IMG/VR virus record: IMGVR_UViG_3300025707_000004
Origin: a virus
Direction: 5' to 3' (one strand)
DNA: 64,000 bases
In this document: one piece after another, positions 19,483 to 28,398 of the stretch
How positions within the stretch are numbered: position 1 is the first letter of the stretch
Layout of the letters: each line of letters begins with the position of its first letter
Program-made: the position numbers and the translations under genes
Notes under the pieces: model-generated
The model's input: only the letters and a program-made list of their open reading frames with translations
Told to the model about the DNA's origin: nothing
Databases searched by the model: none

Positions 19483-19706
19483 TCAAATGTCCTCGTGGTA
19501 TTGGGGCGGGGTCGTAACAGCGGCGGAGCTAACGACGGTGAAGGCACTGGAGCACCACCAGTCCTCTTGGTGCCAACTGAGGCCGATGATGCGGACTCTC
19601 CAGTAGGTGGCGTTGCCGGAGTTTTTGTAAAGCAGCTCCCCCTCACGCCGTTGCCACTGTTGTCGTACTGCCGCTCCCTGTGCTCGACGATGTCACCCTT
19701 CTTCAC
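19483..19706 (-). pseudogene. Array paralog split by a 1-nt frameshift in a G5 run, tag QYHEDI
   Basis: MKKGDIVEH...GVRG continues in the -1 frame as ELLYK..YWRV..DWW..F..QYHEDI. One extra G at 19638-19642 restores the frame. Confidence 0.7.
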
Positions 19707-19750
19707 GGCTGTGCTCCTCCCTAGGTAAAGCAGTACTTGGGTCCATCGGC

Positions 19751-19778
19751 CTTATACCGCCAAGATGGCCGAGTCTGC
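19751..19778 (-). promoter_or_regulatory. Repeated phage promoter driving the paralog array
   Basis: GCAG-N16-GGTATAAG. Confidence 0.7.
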
Positions 19779-19852
19779 GGTTCGACCATTAGTCGGTAAT
19801 AAAAGAGCAGCGCCCCCGAAGGGGATGCTCTTGCCCCGCTGAGTGCGGGGGC

Positions 19853-20815
19853 TTAGATGCCCAGCGGGTGGGGCACACCGCTGAAGTAGATGGTGATGCT
19901 GTTCGCGCACCGACGCGTCTCCAGCCCGTACTCATCGGTGATGAACTTGGCCAGCGCATCACGGATGCCGGCGCAAGCACCCACCGTCCTCGACGAGAAG
20001 GGAGCCCGCAGCTGCAGCTCCCTCCGCTCGTTGTCCCACGAGATCGTCGAGTACTCGTGGGACAACGAGGTCGAGATGGTCAGCCGGGTATGACCATGCC
20101 GCGCTCCCTCAGCGGCTACCCGGAGGATTCCGGGGAGCGAACTTCGGATTTCGTGGAGGACGCCCTCCGGCGATGCGGCGTGGTCCAAGCTCTCCACCCG
20201 CTCCGCGTTGAGCTGGACCAGTCCAGCCCGGAGGGCCTCGGGACTGAGCGGGGCCTCCACCTCGCCTCTCCTGCGCTGAATGGCGCCCATGAAGGCGCCA
20301 CGCAGCGGGTCGATGGACGCGTGGAACAGGCAGTGGGCCACGTCAGCCCATCCGGTACACCTGGGCGTGGTGAGCACGGCGCGGATGACCCGCTCCGTCC
20401 ACGCCCAGTACTCGTCGCGCCGCTCGTCACTCCACCCCTGCGGCACAGGGTTCATGGATGCCCGGTTGTCCAGGCAGTCAGCGAGCTTGACGAGGGCGGC
20501 ACCACCGGAGAGTTCCGGGGCATGCGTCACGCACAGTTCCTTGCGGAACTCCTTGCTCAGCTCCTTGTCGTCGGTCAGCTCCGCTACCATGCCGGCAACG
20601 TGCTCACCAAACTCGGCCCGGAGCTGCTCCGGGGTGACGTCGGTGTCCTCCACGGTGTCGTGGAGCAGCGCGCCGATGATGGTGGTTTCGTCGGCCCCAG
20701 CCGCCTTGAGGGCAGCCGCCATCCGGAGGGGATGGCAGATGTAGGCTGACCCGTCGCCCTTCCGCTTCTGGAAGCGGTGGGCGTGTGCCGCAAATGCGGC
20801 TGCGATGATGGGCAT
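19853..20815 (-). CDS. Small alarmone hydrolase (RelA/SpoT/Mesh1-type HD domain) with C-terminal extension
   Basis: AH..QKRK...YICHP...ALLHDTVEDT...V.ELTDDK...VKLAD.LDN; AAGGAGG RBS. Confidence 0.9.
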   Translation of the reverse strand: MPIIAAAFAAHAHRFQKRKGDGSAYICHPLRMAAALKAAGADETTIIGALLHDTVEDTDVTPEQLRAEFGEHVAGMVAELTDDKELSKEFRKELCVTHAPELSGGAALVKLADCLDNRASMNPVPQGWSDERRDEYWAWTERVIRAVLTTPRCTGWADVAHCLFHASIDPLRGAFMGAIQRRRGEVEAPLSPEALRAGLVQLNAERVESLDHAASPEGVLHEIRSSLPGILRVAAEGARHGHTRLTISTSLSHEYSTISWDNERRELQLRAPFSSRTVGACAGIRDALAKFITDEYGLETRRCANSITIYFSGVPHPLGI

Positions 20816-20870
20816 TTCTGCCTCCTTCTGTTGTGTTGGTTGAGTAGGCGTAATTGCCTCCTCTATGGTT

Positions 20871-20900
20871 CTTATCCCTAGAAAGGGGGGGTGGTTTTGC
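20871..20900 (-). promoter_or_regulatory. Repeated phage promoter
   Basis: GCAA-N18-GGGATAAG. Confidence 0.7.
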
Positions 20901-21268
20901 AGGGGGCTAAGAAGAGCGCGGGGAGAAGCCCCCGCACCCATTGACCACACCGACCAGTATTAGTCGGTGTAGTTCTGAAGGCGGTCACGGCACGCAGCCA
21001 TGGACACCCGGGGTCGAGGCGGTGCTGGAGCATCGCCGCAACCTCTCCCGGCGCCACCTTTTCCCCGGAGGGATAGGTGCCGCGGTCCAGCAACTGGCCG
21101 TGCTCCCGCCAATCGGCGAGCAAGTACTCCAGCTCGCCGACGACCTCCGAGCGACGGCACCCTTCGAGACCCTCGGCGGAGCCAACCAGCTCCCCCTTGT
21201 AACTAGACATATCGAACCTTTCTGCAGCAACGCTGCATTGGGAGGCGTAGATGCCCCCGTTCATAGTT

Positions 21269-21297
21269 CTTATCCCAAAAAGCACTAGCGGGTTTGC
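21269..21297 (-). promoter_or_regulatory. Repeated phage promoter
   Basis: GCAA-N17-GGGATAAGAACTATG. Confidence 0.8.
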
Positions 21298-21299
21298 AG

Positions 21300-21734
21300 C
21301 TAGTCCTCTCGGTTGATGCCGTCGCCTTCCGCTTCGTCCTCAGCGCTCACATGGAGTACCGCGATTTCCACCACGCTGGACGTGTCGACCTTTCCCCAAG
21401 CGGCGTCGAGGGCGACTTCGGCGGCGTGCTCCGCGGTCTTGGCTTGGACGACCACGTCCTCCGAGTGCCAGCCCTCGTGGCGCAGGATGTAGCAGAGCTG
21501 GACGTCCCAGTTGACTTTGTCGAGCGCCAGCTCTTCCTTGATTTCCTCCCACCGCTTCTCGGCGCGAATGAACAGGGTGTGCACCTCAGCGGTGGTGAGG
21601 TCCATGGACGCCGCGACCTCGGCGATGATGTCGGTGTCCGGCGCGATGGCCGCACGTAGCTCGGCGAGTAGGCGGGGGAATTGAACGTCGTTGTCTGCCC
21701 AGGCGGTGCTCGCGCCGGGCTTCTTCTTAGGCAT
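21300..21734 (-). CDS. Hypothetical protein
   Basis: 144-aa ORF, W.DN.VQF.RLLAE motif. Confidence 0.6.
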   Translation of the reverse strand: MPKKKPGASTAWADNDVQFPRLLAELRAAIAPDTDIIAEVAASMDLTTAEVHTLFIRAEKRWEEIKEELALDKVNWDVQLCYILRHEGWHSEDVVVQAKTAEHAAEVALDAAWGKVDTSSVVEIAVLHVSAEDEAEGDGINRED

Positions 21735-21771
21735 GGGTTATCCTGTGGGTGACTATCGGGAGTAATGGCAG

Positions 21772-22355
21772 ATGAGTGGCGATACTGAGGCTCTTCCGGT
21801 CGCAATGAAGAGAAAGGTCGTGCTCGGCTTCATGTCGGCATTCGGCCTGATTGTTTGGTGGGGTTGGGGCAACATGACTGAGGCGGCCACCCTGCGCGTT
21901 GAAAACGCTACGATGGGGCAACAGGTTGAGGTCTGCGCTGACATCCAGAAGCAGGCCGTGAAGCTCATCGTTAAGTTGAGGGAAACACCATGATTCGGCA
22001 AATTCTACTCGCCAGTCTCATCGTCTACGGGTCGCTGGGCATCTTCCTCTACACGACCACGCTAGGTGCCAAAGCCCAGCCAGCGCCGGTCGTCACGCCC
22101 GAGGCACCCATCATCGTGGAGGAGCCCGGTCGCGTGCGGGGCTTCCTGGAGATGCTCAAGACCAATGAGGGGCGTGCGGTGCTCTTGGTGAAGCTCGCTG
22201 AGCTGCGCGAGGCCACGCTCTTGATGGCCCCCTCCCCTCCCGCGCCGCCGGGCGAGGTGGATAAGCGTCAAGAGATGCTCAGGGAGGTGGACGAGCTGGA
22301 GAACTTGCTCCAGCAGTACCATCAGGTGGCGCCTGAGTCCAAGAAGGGCGGCTGA
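21772..22355 (+). CDS. Two coupled membrane-anchored small proteins (21772-21993, 21990-22355)
   Basis: N-terminal hydrophobic helices, ATGA overlap. Confidence 0.55.
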
Positions 22356-22960
22356 CCGCTAGGGGTCGCACTCGCTGGTGGCTTTGTTGCCGAGGTCTTC
22401 GTCGGCAATGCGCCGTAGCGCGGCAACGCTTCTGGAGACGATGGCACGTGCTTGGTGCGCGCCGGCTACGAGGTGCCGCGGCTTTGAAACAGGGCTCGTG
22501 GTTAGCAGCGAGATAACCACGCTGAGGTCGTTGCAGAGGTCGTTGAGCTTGTCCGAGCGGTGGGCCAGGAGTCGCCGCATACGGGTCTCGCTGTAGTCCC
22601 GCTCTACTACGTAGTCACTCTTCATTGGTCATCCGGTGTAGTGGGTGAGTTCGATTGCGCGGCGCAGCTGGGTTAAGCCGTACCACTCGGGGAAGACGAA
22701 CTTGAACTTGCCTTGAAGGATGCGTTGGCCGTCAACCATGGTTTCCCATGAGCCAGCGTCGTCCCTGCACCACACGGTGAGGTGTGCGTGGTGGGTGCCT
22801 CCGCGGAACGACAGGGCGCCGTCTTTGCGGAGGGAGGGCTCTATGGGCCAAGGCCAGTCGAGGAGGAGGAAGACACGCCAAGCGGTGAGGTAGACCGCAG
22901 TCTCCGCACCAGCTTCACGGAAGGGCACGGGACTGAGCATGTGCACGGGCGGTTCCTTGT

Positions 22961-24421
22961 TTAGGGAGCGGGGTCGTACTCGATGTGAAGCCGGGGTGCG
23001 TGCTTGTGCTCCTTGCCGACCTCACCGTTGGTGGAGACTGCGAGGCGCAAGCCACCAGCCTCCACAGAGCTAATGATGAACGACATGGCGTTGCCCGGCT
23101 TCCACCCGGGGGCGTCCACACGGGCCTGCACCAATGCCGAGATGTCGGCGCTTCGCTGGTCCTCTGGCGGGGCTCGGGTCTGCCAAATCCCAGGCACCCA
23201 CTCGATGGCTTCCGCGGTCTTCACCCTGCCGCTGATGTTGTCGCGGTCTCGACTGAAAACGGCGGAGTTCGGAACGGCTTCACCATGGATAGCCATCTTC
23301 ATCGGCTTGTTGGGCTCACCAGTGCTGAACTGGATATACGCCTTGGCGATCTTGACCCCAGCCGGAATCGGAAGCCGGCGGAAGCGAATCCCGATGTACT
23401 GGTTGAACTGCTTGTCCTGCGTCAGCTCCAAGTCGCTGCTGCCGAGGGACATACGACCACTGCGCTCCTCAGCATCGTCACGACCCGCGGCTACCCGGAT
23501 GTCGAGGACCACGGTGTCGACACGCCACTCCTTGTAGAGCATGAGAGCGAAGCCGTTGGCGTTGCTGTCGTCACAGAGGACGAGGAGGTTACCCATGATG
23601 GCGATGCACTCCAGGTTGCCCCCCTTCGGCGAAGCCCAAGTGCGGAGCGAGTCGAACGTGCCGTTGGTCGACTTGAGGCTCACCTCCTCCAGTGAGTTCC
23701 CGCCGACGTTGTGCCAGACGTAGAGCTTGCCGCTTGAGCGATTGAACTCCAGACCCGATGACTCACGGGTGTTGGTGCCGTACGCACCGATGAAGCTGAC
23801 CACGTCGCTGTCGACACCAAGGTCAAATGCGTAGACCTTGCCCCCGTTCTGGTGAGCAACGAGCATCAAGCCGCCCATGCCGTTGCTCGACTTGGGGAAC
23901 GCCGTGCCGTCAGGCTTCGTGAAGCCGGACTTGGCGAGCCACTCATCAGGGACGAAAGCGATGCCCTCAGGACCAGCTCCGTTGTACGCCGGCACAAACG
24001 GGCGGATGTTCCACTGGTGCAGCAGCTTCACGTCCCCGTATTGGGACGTGTCGTACTTGCGGATGAGGTGCTCCCGCTCCGCCATGATGTAGACGCTGTT
24101 CTCGTTGTAGTCGACCTGGGTGATGCCCTCGCAGTCACCACCAGACTTCCAGTAGGCCCGCGCCTCGTCCTGGTAGTCGACGACATACGAGCCCTCACCG
24201 TCTGGGACCATGGCGACGAATTGGCCGCCATTGTCGGCAACCCATAAGCGCTTGGTGACCGGGTTGAAGTGCGCGCCCGACACGTCGCTACCGAAGCCGT
24301 CGTCGAGTTCGGTGAGGTTGGTAGAGGTCTCCCACGTCTCAGCGGGCCAGGGGTCCCCGCTCGCGGTTCCGACCAAGAGGCCAAAGGTCAGCAGGGTCAT
24401 GATTGCGGTTTTCATCGTCAC
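22961..24421 (-). CDS. Secreted beta-propeller (SdiA-regulated/phytase-like) protein with C-terminal beta-sandwich
   Basis: Signal peptide; repeated SG/EG-I/L blade motifs (DVSGA, DCEGIT, GPEGIA, ESSGLE, NLECIA); C-terminal DDAEE...SSDLEL...GIRF...AYIQF domain. Confidence 0.65.
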   Translation of the reverse strand: MTMKTAIMTLLTFGLLVGTASGDPWPAETWETSTNLTELDDGFGSDVSGAHFNPVTKRLWVADNGGQFVAMVPDGEGSYVVDYQDEARAYWKSGGDCEGITQVDYNENSVYIMAEREHLIRKYDTSQYGDVKLLHQWNIRPFVPAYNGAGPEGIAFVPDEWLAKSGFTKPDGTAFPKSSNGMGGLMLVAHQNGGKVYAFDLGVDSDVVSFIGAYGTNTRESSGLEFNRSSGKLYVWHNVGGNSLEEVSLKSTNGTFDSLRTWASPKGGNLECIAIMGNLLVLCDDSNANGFALMLYKEWRVDTVVLDIRVAAGRDDAEERSGRMSLGSSDLELTQDKQFNQYIGIRFRRLPIPAGVKIAKAYIQFSTGEPNKPMKMAIHGEAVPNSAVFSRDRDNISGRVKTAEAIEWVPGIWQTRAPPEDQRSADISALVQARVDAPGWKPGNAMSFIISSVEAGGLRLAVSTNGEVGKEHKHAPRLHIEYDPAP

Positions 24422-25990
24422 TCCGTATCCGTTAGCGGCCCCGATTCGGGCTTCACGGACACGGTATCACTCGTCTTCGGCTTCGGTGACTGTCACTTCG
24501 ATGCTGATTGGCCCAAGGGGCACTTCTCGGTGCCCTTCGAGCCACGTACGTGCCGTTCCAAGCGAACCCCCAGTTCAGACGCCGGAGCTGCCTCTTGTTG
24601 ATGGCTAGCTTGTTCCCAGCTTCCGCAGCCGCAGCCCTCTTACCGATGGTGGCGTCCCAGTTGAGGATTTCTTCTTCTTCGGCGTCGTTCATGGCTCACC
24701 TAGTAGGGTGCCTTTGTAGGCAATGGCTTTACCGAGCAGCTCAGGGATGTCCACCAGGGTGGCTTCGGTCAGCTCAAGGGTCTCTTGGCCATCGTCTTCC
24801 TCTGAGGGTGTCTGGACGATGGCGATTAGGGTCAGTGCGCCGTTGTCCTCCCGGTCAATCCAGACGATGCAGTCCAACGGGCCTTTGTACTCGTAGAAGC
24901 TCTGGGTGCGCCCGGGGACGAGCCCCTCGCTGAAGAGCCACTCTTCCTTCTCCCAGTTGTGGATGTTTAGGACCATCTCGGCGCGAGCGATGGCCACGGG
25001 GGTTCTCATTGGCGGGTCTTCCCACCCAAGTCTCGGCAGCTTCACTAGCTGTCCCTTTCTAGGTCCCGTAACACGTCTTCGACATCGTCGTCACTGCGTG
25101 GGTCAACGGGGATGGCCCCGAAGGTTACGAGGTGCGGCTCTGCCCACTCAGGGAATGGGGGCAGGCCGCGTCTTTGAGGGAGTTTGATGTCCTTACTCAT
25201 GGCTTTCCTAGCGGTAGTGGGTGCAAGCCGCCCCATCGGCGTTGTCGTTCATGCTGGCATCCGCGTTTTCCCGCACCTCAGCGCAGGCGGTTGCGCCCAC
25301 CTTTGTGGCATGGATGCAGACCTGATTGTTCAGGTTGGGGTTCTCGTGGCGCCGCATGTCGCAGACCCGCCAGTCCTTGTGGTTTCGGATGGGGTCCCAG
25401 CTGCAGCGAACGACGTAGAAGCGCTCACCCTTGTGCTCGTCCTCAGCCTCCCGCTCGCGCCACCAGTCGGACACGAAGTCGCGGGCTTCTTGGATTGTGC
25501 CGCACTCGTCGGCTATTCCACGGGACAGGAAGAACATGTCGTCTTCATGGCCCACGAAGGCAAGGGGCCATACGTGGCTGGGCTCGCCGTCAGCAGTGCA
25601 GTCTACGATGGGCGTGGAGAAGGCTTGGCCCCCTGAGCCTGTCATGGGAATCGTGGCGGGGCCGCCCCGGAGGGTGGCCGAGTTGGCGTAAACGAGGTAG
25701 GTCTCTTTCATGTCTCGTCCTCGTCAGGCGCAAGGCGCAGCAGAGGGGTCTCGGTGGCGCGGCACAGAATCCAGCCGCTCTCGGCGGCCTCATCGGTTGC
25801 CCCGAAGGTGTCCAAACCCTCGATGGCCTTTTCTTTCGAGGCGAAGAGGCCCACGAAGGGGTGCTCGTGCTTGTGCGGGTTGCGCCAGGGGTAGAGGAGA
25901 CGGTCTTCGCCGTCGACATGCACGAGTTCGCGCCAGACGTAGTGGGTTTCGGGCTCGGAGAGGTTGTCGGTGGCTTGCTTCATGGGGCTC

Positions 25991-26059
25991 CTAGATATCG
26001 ATGTGGTATTCGGCGCACGCTACGGCTCGACGTGCGAATACGAGGTCAGGGTCAGTCAT
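25991..26059 (-). CDS. 22-aa micro-protein ending in the C-terminal tag (EYHIDI)
   Basis: MTDPDLVFARRAVACAEYHIDI; ATGA overlap with the upstream stop; the next gene's RBS follows its stop. Confidence 0.65.
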   Translation of the reverse strand: MTDPDLVFARRAVACAEYHIDI

Positions 26060-26357
26060 CCCGGCATCCCCCCGATGGACCCAGAAGGCCCTCCCCCTCC
26101 ATCCCAGCAGTTACCGCAGTAGCCCCCGCTGATGGCGGGTTGGCCGCATGAGCAGGCAGGGGCGCTGCTGGCTTGAGGGAGGTAGCCGCCGGCAAGGCAC
26201 GTTTCGTACAGGAGGTGCAGACGGCCATCCGACCCTGCCCTGCTCCGCAAGTACACGCCAATCCGCGCTGCCACGATGCCCAAGTCGGGGTCGGAATGAC
26301 CCACGCTCCGCCTGATGGTGCGGAGGGCGGTCAGCATCTCTTCAGGTGTCGGTTTAC

Positions 26358-26834
26358 TCATCGAACCGTCACGACATGCGACGACAGCGCAGCTCGCCAA
26401 TAAGCCACGGTGTCCTCTGGCACGGTGCCGCCAATCTGGTTGTAAGCGAACTTGTAGACGGTGCTCGCCATTTCGTCCATGCCGCACAGAGCGAGGCACC
26501 GAATCACCCTCGTGATTCGGAGATGGTTGTGGTCGTACTCGTTGACCCACTCATGCGAGTTCTCCAGGAAGGAGAGGAAGCGCCCGGTGAGCATGATGAG
26601 GCGAGCCTGCATGAGCGGATTGCTCTTCATCTCGTCGTAGAAGTCATCTGCGGCGGCAGGGCTGGCGGGCACAGCACGGCTGGGCTCGGGAATAGGGAAC
26701 GCCCACTGAATGTGGTTGTGGTTGCGCTCCCACCAATCGTCGCTGTTGGTGAAGTAGATGGGGAGGCCGCGGTCTGCACCGTCGAAGCCGTTGTCTTGCC
26801 AGAAATCGAGTAGGTTTCTGTCGTCGTCAGTCAT
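26358..26834 (-). CDS. Opioid growth factor receptor (OGFr)-like conserved-domain protein
   Basis: E..HN.IQW.FP..E.S and HNHLRITR.IR.L motifs; AAGGAG RBS. Confidence 0.85.
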   Translation of the reverse strand: MTDDDRNLLDFWQDNGFDGADRGLPIYFTNSDDWWERNHNHIQWAFPIPEPSRAVPASPAAADDFYDEMKSNPLMQARLIMLTGRFLSFLENSHEWVNEYDHNHLRITRVIRCLALCGMDEMASTVYKFAYNQIGGTVPEDTVAYWRAALSSHVVTVR

Positions 26835-26854
26835 GGGTTTGTTCTCCTTGCCGT

Positions 26855-26869
26855 TATTAGCGGCTAATA
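26855..26869. repeat. TATTAG-N3-CTAATA palindrome
   Basis: tattagcggctaata overlapping the stop of 26864-27145. Confidence 0.85.
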
Positions 26870-27145
26870 GTCGACATGCATCTCTTCGGGCTTGGGGCGA
26901 GGCCACGGCTTGGGGCCGGCGTCGATGCGGACGTGGTCGTAGCCGCACTCGCCGCGACAGGTAAGTACCCCGAGGTCGGAGAGCGACACAGTGCCGGCCT
27001 CGCAGAGCGGGCATTCGTCTCCGTGGTCGCAGGCTATGAAGGCGGTGTAGAGGCGTTGAGAGACGGTGGCGTTGTCGGGGCCCCCGATGAAGGGAAACAA
27101 CTCTTCTTCACCGTCGTCGTAGGGGATTCGACCATCGTCGTCCAT
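26864..27145 (-). CDS. Zn-ribbon protein with tag (EMHVDY)
   Basis: CPLC...CRGEC. Confidence 0.65.
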   Translation of the reverse strand: MDDDGRIPYDDGEEELFPFIGGPDNATVSQRLYTAFIACDHGDECPLCEAGTVSLSDLGVLTCRGECGYDHVRIDAGPKPWPRPKPEEMHVDY

Positions 27146-27304
27146 GAGGGAGGCTCCTGGTGTGGCTGTGCGGGAGTTATACCCTGACGGGCTCGTAGGG
27201 CTTATGCCTAAAAGGGGCGCGCGTTTGCGGGGGGCTAAGAAGAAAGGGCGGTGTTCCCACCACCCCTCTCCCTAGGCACTATGTCCCGAGTTAGCAGCGA
27301 TTAG

Positions 27305-27787
27305 TTAGTTTTCGTCGAACTGCAACCAGATGGCTGCAGCCTCTCCTGCGGCCGTCAGCACCGCGCCCGGGGGGCACGGGTGGACGACCAGCATCCGGCC
27401 CACCACTGCACGGAGCAGCGGGCGTGCATCGAAGTCCCCGTGCAGGTCGGCCTGCACGGAGTGGAGGAGCGCGCTGGCCTCCTCGGCATTCGTCACGCCC
27501 GCTTCACAGCGGGCACGCAGGTCGGCCTTGCGGTCGGCCGTCCTCTTCTCCGCCGCCGCCCCCTTCGCCGCCTCTTCTGCCTCCCACGCCGCCAAAGCGA
27601 CGCCCTCGGGGCCGCCCAGCCACTCGGCCAGGGCGGCCTCGGCCGCCTCTCCCCCCTGCTGCGCGGCCCGCTCCAGGCGGCCTCGCTCCTGTCCTGCGTG
27701 AAGGCGGTTGAACGCCTTCGCCTGCGCCGCGTTTCGGCGCTTCTCGTCCGCCATCTCGGCGGCTACCTTGGGGTCTTCCCAATGCAT
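27305..27787 (-). CDS. Ala-rich hypothetical protein (single-gene cassette)
   Basis: Promoter at 27828, AAGGAG RBS, terminator at about 27236-27270. Confidence 0.65.
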   Translation of the reverse strand: MHWEDPKVAAEMADEKRRNAAQAKAFNRLHAGQERGRLERAAQQGGEAAEAALAEWLGGPEGVALAAWEAEEAAKGAAAEKRTADRKADLRARCEAGVTNAEEASALLHSVQADLHGDFDARPLLRAVVGRMLVVHPCPPGAVLTAAGEAAAIWLQFDEN

Positions 27788-27827
27788 GTCGAACTCCTTC
27801 GGTTAAGTAGGTTGTCTGTCCATAGTT

Positions 27828-27873
27828 CTTATCCCCAAAACGGCCACGTGTTTTGCATTATTAGCGGCTAATA
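27828..27873 (-). promoter_or_regulatory. Repeated promoter with palindrome abutting the -35 element
   Basis: Promoter 27828-27856 and tattagcggctaata 27859-27873. Confidence 0.8.
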
Positions 27874-28170
27874 ATGGGGCGGAAATACCAGCCCCCGCTC
27901 CCCACACCTATGCAGCGTGTAGCACCGCTGCTGAGACGTTAGAGCGCCTCAAGGTGTGGGGGACGGGAAGCTCCCCTTAGCTCAGGGCGCATGTCATACC
28001 CTGAGCCTCTGCACGTTATATTTAGGAACGGGAGGGGTTACTCCGAGACCCGGAAAGTCCTCGTAGCGCAGTAGGCGGTGTTATGCCTACCTTGGACCAG
28101 CGCGGGGAGGTCAGCACGTACAGGCACTGTACTGGGGACAATTCGCCAGCGGCGGGTCCGTCCCATCTGA

Positions 28171-28395
28171 TTACTCGTCGAAATGCATCTCTTGGTCTGC
28201 GGGCTCTGTGGCCAAGACGACCGGCTCGTACCCGCCTTGTAGCCAACTCTTGATCTTGAGGTCGACGGTGTCCTTCCCCCCGCCACCCGCGGAAATGAGG
28301 GGAAGGACGTCATCCCGTAGCACCTGGGTGCGCTCTCGCACCAGGAACTCGTCCATGAACTTCGCCCATTCGGGGAAGTTGCTGCCGTAAGCCAT
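28171..28395 (-). CDS. Small protein with tag variant (EMHFDE)
   Basis: 74-aa ORF immediately after the 461-aa gene. Confidence 0.6.
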   Translation of the reverse strand: MAYGSNFPEWAKFMDEFLVRERTQVLRDDVLPLISAGGGGKDTVDLKIKSWLQGGYEPVVLATEPADQEMHFDE

Positions 28396-28398
28396 GAC

